Source: Callorhinchus milii
Lineage: Eukaryota
Assembly: GCF_018977255.1 (NCBI RefSeq)
Contig: NW_024704743.1
Span: 25,298,001 to 25,362,000 of the forward strand
Reading direction: 5' to 3'
Length of the DNA: 64,000 bases
In this document: piece by piece, positions 1 through 13,335 of the stretch
How the letters are laid out: each line of letters begins with the position of its first letter
Numbering within the stretch: the first letter of the stretch is position 1
Position numbers and translations under genes: made by a program
The notes under the pieces: model-generated
The model's database searches: none
Told to the model about the DNA's origin: nothing
The model's input: only the letters and a program-made list of their open reading frames with translations

Positions 1-1673
1 TTTCTACAGGTTTCAAGGTATTCTTCATCCCCCACAATTTTAGTTTTGACCATTTCTATTTCAGTCAGGGTCTTCTTAATGACACTGCCATATCGCAGGT
101 TTCTCCGAATGGGGGTAGAGCACAGAGGGCAAACCTTAAGCTTTATCACTGCCTCATCAGCTTTGTCTTCCTGCATCCAGCTGTCAAATCCAGTCACTTC
201 AAAGATATGCTGGCAGTCTTCCAGTTGAATAAACTTGGCTTCTGGGTCATCTTCTGTCCCGAAAAATATTTCGGTGACTTCACTCTCGTTGCAAAAGCGG
301 CACTTGTTCGGACACGGTTCCCCGCACAGGCCAATGCAGGGGTGGCCGCACCCAAGCATTTGACGGCACGGCTTGTTGCACGGCTGCCGGTTGCACGGCT
401 GGTGGCAGAGCTTTGTGCAGCTGTGGTGCAGGCAAACCCACTCGCAAGGCTCCATGCATGGGATGCACAACTGGCCACACTTCCTCGAACACTTGCTGTG
501 GATGCACCGATTCTCGCAGGGCCGTGTGCAAGGGGGGCACTCTTTGGTGCAAGGCTCTCGGCACTCGTGCGAACACACCAGAAGCCGCTTGCACGGGGTC
601 CTACAAGCCGTGTGAAGTTGGCCCTGGGCACAATCGAAGCAGTTGCCATTGCAGATGTGGCCACACTGCAGCTTGACTCTGCACTCCTTGAAGCAGAGCA
701 GTGGCTCACCTCTCATCTCCGCCTCCTTCTGCCAGTAGCACGTGACTTGCCTTGTGTGGCCGCATTCCAACACAGTACTAACCTGCTCAGAGCACTTCAC
801 GGTGCAAGGCTCCCCGCAAGATCGGGTGCATTGATGACCGCAATCCAAGGTCTTGGAACAAGGTATTTGGCAAGAAAATGTTTCCGGAGCTTGCGAGCAC
901 TGCACCTCTTGCTCGTGACCACACTGAGGGATGACTTTGATCACCTTCACCTGGCATTTGCCGCATGGATCGCCACAAAGCTTCGGACACTTGTGTTTCT
1001 GGTCGCAGAGCGTCTTCTGGCATTCTCTGTTACACTTGTACGTTTTGTGCTCCATATCGTAAGGGTGGCAAACACGAGTGCACACGTGGCCGCAGTCAAG
1101 TCGGAAGTCACAGGGTTGCTTGCATCCCCCCTCGGGAACTTGGTCAAAGTCCACAGCAGTGGATACCAAGCTGATGGTTTTCGGATGATTTTGGCAGCAC
1201 AACTTGAGGGCCGGACCCACTCGGCCATTTCTGCGGAGTGTGTCGACTATTTTACCCCACAGCGGGACCTTTGCTAACATGGTCATGTTACCGATGCAGA
1301 ACAAACCTTTCTTTGCTCTGGATAAAGCTACACAGATACGATTCGCTATCTTCAGAAAGCCTGCCCTGCCCTCGAAATTACTCCGGACAAGCGAAAGGAT
1401 TACAATATCGTTCTCTTCCCCTTGGTACTTGTCAACCACACAGACTCGGACACCATTAAATTTGCTCTTAGGCATTTTTTTCCTCAAGCAAAACAACTGC
1501 CCCGAGTAGGTGGTGAGGACAGTTATCTGGGATGGGTCGTATTCTTGCTGGATGAAATAATGGCAGAGCGACTCCACAAACGATGCCTCATGGGAATTCT
1601 GAAAACTCTTTCCTTCCCGGATCTCATCTTCATGTTGCAGGTGTTCAATGAAATAGAGGTTGGTGGAGACTCC
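1..1673 (-). CDS. ZNFX1: ZNFX1 large 3' coding exon (helicase C-terminal lobe, NF-X1-type zinc fingers, RING-like region); continues past the window edge
   Basis: Acceptor ttttatatcag|GGA at 1676-1674. Translation GVSTNLYFIEH...ITVLTTYSGQ...VVDKYQGEENDIVILSLVRSN...NRICVALSRAKKGL (Upf1-like SF1 motifs), then many CGHxCxxxC repeats and LEDCQHIF...CPLCSTPIRRNLRYG. It is absent from the ORF track, apparently because no stop falls inside the window. Confidence 0.97.
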
Positions 1674-2644
1674 CTGATATAAAACCAAACAAATGAGTAC
1701 TTTTAACATGAGGTGCTCGACGTTAGCAAAACCACTGAAGAATAAGCTTACATGCAAGTGAAACATTCAACCATCTGTCTTGCATTAACACTGTCCCAAA
1801 ATTGAAGTTTATCTTTCTCAGCCTAGACATCGATCCTAAATAAACTAAACCAAGCTTAAAATGGAGCAACTTATTAGCCGACCGTTATAAAAATTGATAA
1901 TAATAATCCCTTGATTTCATATAGCCCCTTATCATGGCACTGAGACGTCTCAAAAGCTTCACAGAACATACTAGGAATTTTGTGGGCGAAATATAATAAT
2001 AATGGGTTAAAGAGTGCCTAAATGCTCCGAGATGCCATCCGGTGTGAAGGGCGTTATACAAATGCAAGTTGTTGCTGTTGCTTGAACACTAAGACGATAT
2101 TACTGATGTCTCGTGATTTAACTCAATAATCGGCAGAGAATCTTTACTGTGTGTCACTCTGACATGCGAGATCGTGGCTCAAATGAGATCTCGGTTCAGC
2201 GTGACCTAAAGGATTCCCTGCACTTCATATTAGGACTTTCATGGCACAAAGTGCCAGTTTTGCCGCTTAAACACTTTTTCAACCTCAATAACTCAACATC
2301 ATACTTAAACCCGCTCTCACAATTTAGCTCTGCTGGAGGGGAAGCTGATTTTTTAAAAGGCAGGAATTGTCTCCCCATTCCATTAGCTCCCCACAGTGAA
2401 AAGAAACCCGAGGGTGACTTCTTACATTATTATCAACAGGTGTAGATATGATGCAGGAGGTGTACACACATCAGATTTAAATATCTATAGGAAGAAACCA
2501 AGTGCTAACAACAACAAGATTGCATTTGTATAGGACCTTTCACGTTGGGAGGACGTCCCAAGGCGCTTGATAGTGTACAGCATTTCAGCCCTGAGCTGGG
2601 GTCAGGGAGGGAGGGGAAGGAAAACAAGTTAAAAATAAAATTAC

Positions 2645-2740
2645 CTTGATATTCTCGTACAGCCTCACTGACTCGTGGTTTTCCAACTTGTCATAGATGT
2701 GTGGTGTTAGCAGCTCTGCGATTTCTGGGCGCATTCGGTG
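2645..2740 (-). CDS. ZNFX1: ZNFX1 exon (HRMRPEIAELLTPHIYDKLENHESVRLYENIK)
   Basis: 96 nt, cag| and |gtaa boundaries, phase 0-0, helicase QHRM motif. Confidence 0.95.
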
Positions 2741-3952
2741 CTGTATCAGGAGGGGAAAATATTTTAATGAGATTCTTGCAGAACACACTATGTGCATTGT
2801 AGAAAATATGCCCAGAGCCAAGTACAAAGCTAAGATTTGGTTGCATACAGAAAGGAGCCTAAACTTCAACTCAATCTCGGAAAACAAAACACTTAGCTTT
2901 AAAAAGACAACAATGTTGTTTTTTTAAAAAAAAAGCAAGGAATGAGAAAAGGCCATTCAGTTCATAGATCTCAGTCCTTCCAGAGACCATGCAAAACCTA
3001 CCCAAAGTCACCTCAGCTTGAGAGAAGGTACTGTATAAATATTCCTTAAATCCCATAATGAAATGTTATGAAACAAAAATCCAGAATATTTGTGCACCTT
3101 CGCTATTCAACTCTGTATTTCATTCACATCAAGCATTCTCGTGCCTTGTTCCCAGCAGTACAGGAACCATTGTATTCTTGTATTCTTGAAATAGACTGTA
3201 CCTATCCTTGAATCCTCCATTACTTAACTGGTTTGATGTACCGTCAGCTTCTTTTGCAGGGAAACACATTCTTTAGTCTAACTTAAAGCTTACATTTTAA
3301 ACCTGAAAAATACTTCTGATTAAATATTCCTTTCCATCAATCATACAGATGTACAATCTGTACTCAATGCAGTTTTATGTATCGGAGGTGGGGAGGTGAA
3401 ACTTCAAAGTGTAACATTACAGTCAAGGGCAATATTTGGCTTTCTAGTCTATAATTTGAATGCTATGAAGGGAATTCAGAGCTTTAGTAAGAGATAATGA
3501 TCTGGCACAAGTACAGACATAATGGACCAAATATCCTCCTTCTGTGTTGTAAACATGATATGGTTTCCTTACAATGAATGCTTCTCCCCACCCACCCCGG
3601 CAAGCAGCAGGTCAAGTGTTGCAATTTGAACTGTTGCATCTCCCATGGACCTGAGTTTCAGTGTTTCTGTAATAAATCCCAGCCACATCCAAACTTCCTG
3701 GGACAATAACAGATGAAAACCAGGTTCACTTTCTCCTGATATCCACATGTTGAGAGGGCTTCATAGGGCAAGGATACTCAAAAACAAAGGAGTGTTGTCG
3801 TTCTTTAAATACATAGTTGGGAAGGGAGAAAAACTAGAGTGTTTTTTTTTACTAGAGGTAAACAAAGGGCAAAGATACAAGTGAAGCACAGAGTTGAATT
3901 CTCAAGAGTATTAGCACTATGGCTTACATTTACAACGTTAACTGTCACTCAC

Positions 3953-4063
3953 CTGGTAATCCAATCGGACATACTGAACGTTCATATTGATGAGTCGCTC
4001 AAACAAGGAAACTTCCAAATTGAAGTGCTTAGCAAGTTCGTAAACTGTTGCACTTGGACGAAG
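3953..4063 (-). CDS. ZNFX1: ZNFX1 exon (LRPSATVYELAKHFNLEVSLFERLINMNVQYVRLDYQ)
   Basis: 111 nt, AG/GT boundaries, SLFERL motif of Upf1-like helicases. Confidence 0.95.
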
Positions 4064-4733
4064 CTGAAATTGAAAAAGAAACATTAGCCACCCATTGTAA
4101 GGCAATGTGATGCTGCAATGGGCTGAGCTTGAATGTTCTGGGCTATTAGGTGGCAGCATGCAGGTCCACAGTAATTTTGCACGTAGCTTTGGATCTCAAT
4201 TGTACTGCTACGAAGCAGGAATTAGGCCCAGAGAAAGGAATAAATCTAGTCAGGCCTAGAGTCCTCGGATAAGGTCCCAGTTCTTTTTAGCCGCAACAAG
4301 GTCTGTGTCCCTGAGACGTCTGAACTTCTGCTTCCAAATACACAGCTATTACACATTACAAAAATAAATTGAAGCATTTTGAAACGTTTTGATGTGGGAA
4401 AAAAATCAAATCAAAATAAATAAATAAATGATTTGGTCAATCAATCCATGACTGCTTGTGGGAAATTGCTTAGTCCAATTAGCTACTGCATTTTACCCGC
4501 AAAATATACACTTTACACTATATTCTGTGAAGTGCTTTGAGAACTGTCAACGACGTGATAAGGTGCTATTTCAAATGCAAGGATTATGTGTATTATTTTT
4601 AAAGGCTTATGTCAAATGAAGGAATTATGATGTTTGTGAAAGAAGGCAAATGGGAGTGCCTCCTGTATCCTCTCACTCCACACACACGCATACTCTAAGA
4701 GCAGTGCTCAAATTTCGCTTCAACAAAACCTAC

Positions 4734-4879
4734 CTGCTGATGGTCCCCTATTAAAATGAGGTGTTCACAGGCAGAAGTCAGTGTGGTTACTATATGAGCT
4801 TCCAGGACTTCGGCAGCTTCTTCAACAATGACAATTTTAGGCCGAAGGTCATGCAAAACACGCCTGTATTTCGCTGCAC
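4734..4879 (-). CDS. ZNFX1: ZNFX1 exon with Walker B ([10 protein letters not shown]) and LILIGDHQQ
   Basis: 146 nt, tag| and |gtag boundaries, phase 1-0, helicase motifs II and III. Confidence 0.95.
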
Positions 4880-5029
4880 CTAAAACAAAAAGCCAATTGT
4901 TTTTTTTAAAAAAAAGTGATTTGGAGCCAGCTAAAATATGTCATGAGATGAATACCATCAAATACCAGCACTTCCCAAGATAGCATGAAACATGTGAGAA
5001 GAGGAGCTTTGTGCAGGAGACGATGTAAT

Positions 5030-5390
5030 ACAACAATAATTTGCACTTATATAGCGCTCTCTATGCAGGGTATTGTCTCAGAGCTCTTAACATTGGCGGA
5101 GCCCGACTCCAAGCTGGGGTGAAGGTGGCCATAAGCACGGTCGAAAAAGTAGATTTTCAGGCGGGACTTGAAAAAGGAGAGGGGGCAAGGCGGAGAGATT
5201 AAAGGAGAGTGTTCAAGAGTTTTGGGGGCGTAGTAGCTGAAAACGTGACCTCCGATGGTGGGGCGGAGGGTGCGAGGGACAAGCAGGAGGCCGGTACCAG
5301 TCGAGCGGAGGCACCAGGTGGTGGATTGGGGAATGAGGAGGTTGAAGAGGTAGGGAGGTGCCAGAGAGTGAAGAGATTTGAACACAAGTG
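5030..5390 (-). mobile_element. L2 LINE 3' end
   Basis: FKSLHSLAPPYL...LRS...FSYYAP...FKSRLK-type C-terminus. Confidence 0.85.
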
Positions 5391-5596
5391 TGTAATGGAG
5401 AGTGCAAACATTAAATAAGATGGTGGGGTGGGGGCGGGNCGGAAGGAATGCCTGATATGGACAGGAAATACTAACAATGCATTTTGAGGATCATGCTGTT
5501 AAGTACTAGACTTGGCAGCTGATTCCCGCTGGCACTTTACATGTGCTTGTGAAAGCAAACAGAAAGGGGAAGCCATAGCTGTAAACAATTGTGTAC

Positions 5597-5751
5597 CTGT
5601 TGTAGTCATCCCCACTACTTTGGCCTGTCTCAGAAGGTTCATATCCTCTTGATTCCTCAGTTCAGCCAGGCGATTGATCACACCCTGGTACTCATTTTCA
5701 TACTCCAATATTTTAAACCTGATGTCTTTTTGGTATTTTGACAACCACAAT
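5597..5751 (-). CDS. ZNFX1: ZNFX1 exon (LWLSKYQKDIR...AKVVGMTTT)
   Basis: 155 nt, AG/GT boundaries, phase 2-1 matches both neighbours. Confidence 0.93.
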
Positions 5752-7085
5752 CTGGAATAAATATTATTATTATTATTTATTCGTATTATTATAAAACCAC
5801 ACGATCACACAACATTACAAAGGGAATTCCTCGTGCCAAAGCTGTGAGATAAAGGCACTATTTGAAGCACATCCCCTTTGAAACTCATCCCCCTCTGGTA
5901 CTTTGCCCCCAAATCAGTAACTGGAACTAAATGTACCACAGAACGAATGTTCTCCAATTAAAATTGGGAGCGTCCTTAGCCTCAATACAATTCCAAACAA
6001 ATTTGTGGAAAGGAAAAACAAATCAGAGAATACTGGAAATCTGAAAAAACACAATGCACAACAGGTCAATCAAAGTCTGGACTAGATTTAGGATTTGATG
6101 ATCGCAATAAGGATTTGAAGTTGTTCTGCTAGGATGTTGGGAGCAATGATGCTCGGAACTTAAGATCCATATTCAATATTACACTGCTTATGCAGGAGAG
6201 TGGATATGCACACTAACTATACCAACAGAAATTTACAACCCATTTTAAATTGACAGAATACTGACAGAAGAAGGTATTAGAGAACCAGAAGGATATCAGA
6301 GGCCTGACATTCCCCAATAAGACCATTTTCTCATAAAATAGCACAGAATTGTGGAATTTCTTAAACAAAAGCCAGTACTTTTTAACAACAACATAATTAC
6401 ATTTGTAAAGGGCCTTTCACGTCGGAAGGACATCCCCAAGGCGCTGGGATAATTAAGATAGAACTACGGAAAAGTGTCTATAAAATTAAGACAGAAACTC
6501 AATATTTTCTGCTATTCTATACAATTAAGACAACTTTAAGACAAACTTTGAGTCTAAATGAATCACACAAATTTACAACATAGAAAAAGGCCATTCGGCC
6601 CGTCATGCCTGTGCTGGCTCTTTGAAAGAGCAATCTATTCAGTCCCATTCATCTGCCCTTTTCCCCATATCCCTGCAAACAAATTATTTTTTAATCCATC
6701 TAGTTCCCTGTTGTAAACTAATACAGATCCTGTCTTGATCATGTACCTGGCAAGGTAATCCACATCCTAACAACTCTCGGTGTAAAAGAATCCTCTCAAT
6801 CTCACCCTGTACTAATTATCTATACAACAGGAGCTGGATACACCATTACTGGTCATCTAAATTCAGAAACAAATGACTAAATTACTCAAATTATTCTAAA
6901 CTTGAAGGAACATGAATGGGATTCCTTGCAGACGAAACACATTACATCCAGAGGTGTTTAATCCAGTCTGAGGTACTGTCTGGTCTGCCGTTATCCTGTT
7001 TCAATGCCTTTTTCCCCCCCAACCTCGTTCTCTCAGCAAGCTACAACGCAAAATTAATTAAGAAAACTGCTGATAGAAATCCAAC

Positions 7086-7225
7086 CTGTACAGTCGCCAG
7101 CGATGGTGGAGCTTAAGCTGCCAAATGTTCAAGATCTGCTCGGCTTCATCCTCTGACATGAAGTCTGATTGTTGCAACTCCCTCTTTGCCATAGCTTTCA
7201 TCCTTTTCTTCATATTTTTGGGCAC
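7086..7225 (-). CDS. ZNFX1: ZNFX1 exon (VPKNMKKRMK...IWQLKLHHRWRLY)
   Basis: 140 nt, cag| and |gttg boundaries, phase 0-2. Confidence 0.92.
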
Positions 7226-7515
7226 CTGTGTACAGAACACTAAACAATGTTACATTTATTTATATAGTGCCTTTAATGTGGGAGGATGCCTTAAAGCATT
7301 TCACAGAACTCACTGGGTGATCGAACTGTGGGAGGGGGAGCTGACAAAGCCAAGAAGGGTGGGTGGGGGGATGGAGAGAGAAAGAGGCTGATCGAAAGTG
7401 CAGAAAGGAAGAATATGGGAGTAGTATCAATATATGCATTAACAGGCTTTTTAGGGAGTTAAAGAATGGCTGATTGTTTATTGGAGGCGATAGCAGAATT
7501 CTGTTTCAGATTAAA

Positions 7516-7824
7516 GTCCTGTAGCTCAGTGGTTAGAGCACTCGCTTTGCAAGCGAGAGACCTGAGTTCAATTCCAGGCAGAGGGCGAAACCTTGGGCAA
7601 GTTTCCTTACTCCACACAGAGCCTAATAATAATCCTCCAAAACCAAAAACAATAATAAATTGGTCATTTTCAATCTACGACTGTTTGTGGGACATTGCTG
7701 TGCGCAATTGGCTGCCGCGTTCGCCCACAAATATACAGTCAATTCACTTTACAGTGTGATCTGTGAAGCGCTTTGGGACGTCCTCCCGACGTGAAAAGCG
7801 CTATATCAAATGCAAGGATTATTA
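7516..7824 (+). mobile_element. tRNA(Ala)-headed SINE with L2-like tail, full length
   Basis: GTAGCTCAGTGGTTAGAGC A box, TTTGCAA loop, GAGTTCAATTCC B box, tail GCGCTATATCAAATGCAAGGATTATTA; near-identical to the copies at 22862 and 59281. Confidence 0.92.
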
Positions 7825-7931
7825 TAAAGACAACAAGGTCCAGAAGGTTCATAAACTTGTTCCCAGAATAGGAAAGACATAGAATAACTTGTAGGCAGAA
7901 TAAATATTTTGAACTGTATTTAATACAGCAC

Positions 7932-8170
7932 CTGCCAGACATCAGGGTCTGCGGTCTCTGTTTCAGTTTGGTCTTCAAGTGCATACGTCTGAAAGCGTTT
8001 TTGAATGGCAACCACCCTGGCCTGAGCTCGTTGTATTTCATTCAGCAGGTCATCATCGTCTATCATTCTCTCAGCTTGCAATATTTCTGCTTCCCCAGCA
8101 ACTTGGATCAGTTCATCATCACCATCCTCTTCATTTTTGTCTTCCTCTTTAGCCATTGCATTAAGATTTT
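7932..8170 (-). CDS. ZNFX1: ZNFX1 acidic exon (EEDKNEEDGDDELIQVAGEAEILQAERMIDDD...DVWQ); 5' boundary is either 8170 or 8146
   Basis: Donor CAG|gtgc at 7931. Acceptor is ambiguous (see findings); both options give phase 1-0. Confidence 0.85.
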
Positions 8171-9328
8171 TTGAAAGAAAACATTGGGTGAAAATCATAT
8201 AAAGCGTTTGAAAATTTAAGAGAATCAAATAATAAATCGACAATCCTTGGGAATCAGTTTACTATTTTGTTAACATTTAACAACAACAAATTCAATTTGT
8301 AAACTGCCTTTCACATCGGGAGGACGTCCCAAGGTGCTAGACAGACAGAGTTAAGGACCCGAGCAGGGGGTTGGGATCAGGAGGGATGGAGGGCATGGAA
8401 GGTGACCGAAGGCGCGGGCGAAGAGGAGGGTTTTGAGATGGGTCCCGATTTAATATCTGCTGCTTTTTTTGACATGACATCAGTTACGTAATTAATAAAA
8501 TGGGTCCTACAGAAACCGCATCTATCTATTGTCATGAAACCCTTTGCGACATTTTCAAACCTTGTACCTGTTGCAACATGTTCCAATACTTTTTACAAAG
8601 TCCACAAAATTTTTTTTTAAACACAGCACTGGCTGATAGTCACAAATTTTGACCGATGTGTGGAATCTCAGACTTTCACGTGCAAATAATTCTACCCTCG
8701 AACAAACCAAAGTAAGCATTCTTGCTCACAGCAGGAGTGGGGCAGATGGGTTGGGGAGAGAGTTCATCAGCAAAGGCTCATCAGATGCCTAAAAGTACAA
8801 GAATGCCCACTCACTCTTGGTTCCTAATTGTCTTTGTGACTTTACCTGTTAAATTCAGCAATAGATTGGATATTCTTGGGAGTTCAAATCTCATGGACAG
8901 ATTATGTTTCAGGGTTCAAAGCTTCTGACAATATTGTACCACATTTTCCCTACACTTAAATCACTGAACTTGCTTGAACATTTAAGTTTTTAACTCACTG
9001 CACAAAACAATCGGCTTCCAAATTCAAATTGTGTCATCTAAATAACACCACATAAAATTACACATAAGAATTAAGAGGAGAACGGATGCGGAATCTTTAA
9101 CATTCACGTGAACAGGAAACATGACCTCTGTTTAATGTCTCATCTGGGAACACAGTGCTCCTCCAGCATTGCACTGTAGCATCAGCCGATGAGCTCAAAG
9201 TCCCAACATGGGGCTTGAACCCACAAACATCTGAGTCAAAGGCGAGAGCCAGTCTGTCATGTAAATAAAAATACTCAAATTGTAGATCTAAACAAAATTT
9301 TGAGAAAAATGGTTACACATTCTCTTAC

Positions 9329-9464
9329 CATTATCCCCATCTGTAGTGGTTGAGTCTGTCAAGTCAATCAAGTCCACTTCTGCTGCTTCTTCAGGAATGA
9401 TCACAGATCCAATTCCCAACCACTCCAGTATAACAGTTGATTTAACCTTAACTTCAGAAGACAT
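9329..9464 (-). CDS. ZNFX1: ZNFX1 exon (MSSEVKVKSTVILEWLGIG...TTDGDN)
   Basis: 136 nt, tag| and |gtaag boundaries; the LEWLG motif matches my recollection of human ZNFX1. Confidence 0.9.
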
Positions 9465-9624
9465 CTAGCAATATAAACAGTGTTCACTTAATAATCCTTG
9501 CGTTTTGGGGATTTAAGTTTCACTAAAATAATTCAAGTAAAGTTACACAGATAGAATACAAACAAGACATTTCTTTGCATATTGTTAAAAATAGTATCAA
9601 GTATGGACATAAGCCTTTTTGCTT

Positions 9625-10290
9625 GCAAAAAGGCCAGGTCGAAGAGGAAGATCTTTAGACGGTTCTTGAAGGAGGAAAGGGAGGGGGTGAGGCGGAAGTA
9701 TTGCAGGATAAGAGTTCCAGAGTGTGGGGGCAGAGATCCTGAATGCCTGACCACCAATGTTGGGGAAGGAAGTGCGAGGGACCTGAAGCAGGTCGGTGTC
9801 GCTGATCGTAGGGAGCGGTCAGGATGATACGGGGTTATGAAGTTGGAGAGGTATGGAGGAGCAAGATTGTGGAGGGCTTTGAAGGAGAGAATGAGGGATT
9901 TGTACTCGATTCTCTGAGAGATGGGATTCCAGAGAAGCTGATCAAGACGGGGGTGATTGGTTCGCGGAGCCGGGTGTGGGAAAGGACACGAGCTGCAGAG
10001 TTCTGAATAACCGGCAGCTTGCGGAGGGAAGAGTTGGAAAGTTTAGTGAGCAAGCAGTTGGCGTAGTCAAGCTGGGACATGATGAAAGAATGGATCAGGG
10101 TCTCGGCGGCCTGCGGTGAGAGGCAGTCGAGGAGGTGGGCAATGATGCGGAGGTGTGGAAAGGTGGAACGAGTCACGGCACGAATGTGAGGGTTGAAGAA
10201 TAGCTGGGGGTCGAAAAGGACACTGAGGTTTTGTATTGGCTCGGTGAGGTGCCATGAATAGTGATAATGTCGTTCAGGACTTAACGGCAG
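9625..10290 (-). mobile_element. L2 LINE ORF2 3' fragment
   Basis: LSPQAAETLIHSFIMSQLDYANCLL...IQNSAARVL. Confidence 0.9.
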
Positions 10291-10689
10291 ACAGATAAAC
10301 AACAACTAAAATTATACAATCAATAAACAACAAATTTGAACTATTTCCTTTTCCTCAATCAAGATTAAGCTTTTTTTTTACAAAAAGCAACGGTATTAAC
10401 AAGGTTTACATTTCAAAAAAGATTACTTCATCCCTTTATGAGTTCAGCAATAGAACAGTCCTTAAATAATGATTTTGATACTATAATTACCAGACTGTCC
10501 GAGTTGGGTGATGCTCACTAAGGTGCCAAGTAGTGGTTGTACACAATTCTACTCCATACCAATCAAGTATTAATTCAATTGTGCTGCTCAGAGTCCAGGG
10601 TGGGGAAGAGACAAGCTATTCTTGGGATGCTCATGCATTTCTTATCGGTTCAGAGTAACACTGGCAGAGATCCGAGACCAGGCTAGCTG

Positions 10690-10982
10690 CTCATCTTTCG
10701 TTTCAAATCCCCTCGCTCCCTGGCACCTTCCTACCTCTCCAACCTCCTGCTCATCCCTCGCACTCTCCGCTCCACCAATGGAGGTCGCACATTCAGCCAT
10801 TACGCCCCGAAACTCTGGAACACGCTCCCTCAATCCCTCCGCCTTGCCCCCCTGAAAACCTTCCTTTTTGACTGTGCTTACGGTCACCTCCCCCCGGCTC
10901 GGAGTCAGGCTCCGCTATTGTTAAGCGCTCTGAGATGCTACTCTGTGTGAAGGGCGCTGAAAACGTGGAAGTTGTTGTTGTT
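10690..10982 (+). mobile_element. L2 LINE 3' end
   Basis: Same tail as the other L2 copies, ending in (GTT)n. Confidence 0.8.
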
Positions 10983-11773
10983 TCCCCTTGGCTACAGCTG
11001 GCACATGTGCTGGACTCTGTGAGAGGGTATGGACATGGCACATGTCATCCAGGACTTGAAACTCTAAAACCCACAACTTCATGTACATTGCTGCTATTGT
11101 TTTCACACCCATTATGTTTCGAGGAATAATAGAATTTTTTTAGATCCTAAAATAGTAATCACAGCGATTAAAACAATTGCCTCTACCCTAGACTCAGAAG
11201 TGTGACGATTCCTGCTCTTGGGTCAGGCATTCTCCTCTCTGAATAGAGTTGCTAAATTACTGCAAACAGTAATCTTATCATTATTCATTTTGTACAGGTT
11301 GATTTACATCTGGCAGGAAGATTCATATCAAACATAGATCAGAGCTGAAAGGGCAGCATGCTAAGCAAAACTCCTTCGCAAGGGAAAATTCACATAAAAT
11401 AAAGCAAAAAAGCTCAATTGCCCATTGTTTTAAAGGTTGTAACTTTAAGGCAATCCCGTATCATTGGAACACTGGACTCTTAACCCAGGTACCCAAATTT
11501 GAGGTCACTGTAGCTTTTTTGAAACACAAGCTCACTTTTCCAGCCTTAGAAACAAACAGTCTATTCATTTCATTGAACCTGTTCTAGTTGATTAGATCTT
11601 AGCAGATGTTTTCATCCCATTTCCCCACATCCCTCAATACCCTTACTTCCAAGTATCTGTTTAAGTTGTTGAGAGGATGCAGAAGACCAGGTGAACCTCC
11701 TTCTCAATCCTTTAATACTTAACAGAGAACAACGGTTTCATTTAGACAAGTAAAGACTGCCTTGCAGACCTAC

Positions 11774-11911
11774 CTTTTTCAACTGTTCCAAATGATGTGG
11801 AGCAATGTATTCCTGCAAAATGATTAGATGGAGGATTGCTTGTGCACTAGTTTCAAACTGGGCGGTCGAAATTTCAATTCGTTCCTGGAAGTCGTATTTT
11901 TCCTGAGTCAG
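11774..11911 (-). CDS. ZNFX1: ZNFX1 exon (LTQEKYDFQ...LQEYIAPHHLEQLKK)
   Basis: 138 nt, cag| and |gtagg boundaries, phase 0-0. Confidence 0.88.
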
Positions 11912-13186
11912 CTGCTCAGTTTCAAAAGAAATAATGTTAAAATGAGAGAATGAGAAAGAATTTGCATCTTTACAGCACCTTGCCATATCAAAATGTTAGT
12001 CAAAGTGAGGGAAAACATTTAAACTAACATGGTAGGGCAGAGGAAGGGAAGAAAGACAGAGAGAGAAGTAAACAAGCTTTGGGGAAAATGGGTAAAAGGT
12101 TTTGTAAAGATGAAAAAAGACACGGGGAACTAAGAGAGGTGGGCGAAATTAAACGGTCAAAACAGCAGACAAGCTACTTGCCTTTACACAAACACTAGGA
12201 ATATTACAAGTAAAGTGGGAGAAATAGAAACTCAAATAAGCTTGCGGTGCAATATGATAGTGATTACAGAGACATGGGTACAGCTCAGTCAAAATTAGGA
12301 GTGGAGTATACCAGGATAGAGGATCTTAGAAGGGACAGGGAAAACAGGAAAGGAGGAAGAGAAACATTATTAAAACCACCAATCATAGTGGTTGAAAGGA
12401 AGGTTATATTTGAATATTATCAGCTAGAATAGGAAGGGTTGTTAAACATTGGTATGAATGTTTTTTATAGCCCTCGTGGCTATAATGATATAATAGAATG
12501 TACGTACAGTACAGGCAGATTAGGGAAACTTGGTTTTAATGGGAGAATTCATTATAATAAATAATGATTGTTACATTTGGTCTAGCGTCTTTCACATCGG
12601 GAGGGTGGTCCAAAGCACTTCACAGGATATAAAGTGTGTGTTTTGTGGGGGAATGCGGCAGCTAATTTTGCACACAGCAACGTCCCCAATAGCCATGATG
12701 TGAATGAACAGTTTTATTTGGGGAGTTTTGGCCAGAACGCGGGTAGAAACTCCCTTCTCTTTTTGAATAGGGCTAAGCGATCCTTAAAGTCCATATGAAC
12801 AGGGAGACGAGACCTTGGCTTAAATTCTCATCCAAAGCATGGCACCTTCAGCCATGCCCCCTCTCCCACCAGCACTGCATTGGAGTTTCAACCTGGATGT
12901 GTGAGATCAAAGCACCACCAATGACCTTGAACCTACAGCCGTCTGACTAAAGAGACAATGTGCTATCAACTGAGCCACGGGTGTCTTGTATGTCTGTCTG
13001 GATACATTCATAGAAACATAAAATCTTGATTTGAGATAACCAATTCTCAAACAGCACATCACAACACAAAATATATAGTCAATTCCTTTTACAGTCTATT
13101 CTGTGAAGCGCTTTGAGACATCTCAATGATGTGATAAGGAGCTATATCAAATGCAAAGATTATTATTATTCTAACAGTATGCTCAC

Positions 13187-13335
13187 CGAAGCATACATGG
13201 CTCTCAGGTGACCTGGCTGACTCTTCCTGAAGTTTTTACACTTCCGGATCTCCTTAAGTGAAAACTTTGATATTATTTCACTGGTGCTTCTTCCACCCAC
13301 TCTGATCAAGTCAGTTTTCAGAAACTTATGAATCC
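13187..13335 (-). CDS. ZNFX1: ZNFX1 exon (IHKFLKTDLIRVGGRS...HLRAMYAS)
   Basis: 149 nt, tag| and |gtgag boundaries, phase 1-0, RVGGRS motif. Confidence 0.93.

Noticed and set aside
207..1277. 356-aa plus-strand ORF
   Set aside because: Antisense shadow of the Cys-rich ZNFX1 exon; no recognisable features of its own.
7516..7590. tRNA-Ala-like gene (also at 22862 and 59281)
   Set aside because: No proper acceptor stem; it continues into a shared SINE body and tail, so it is a SINE head.
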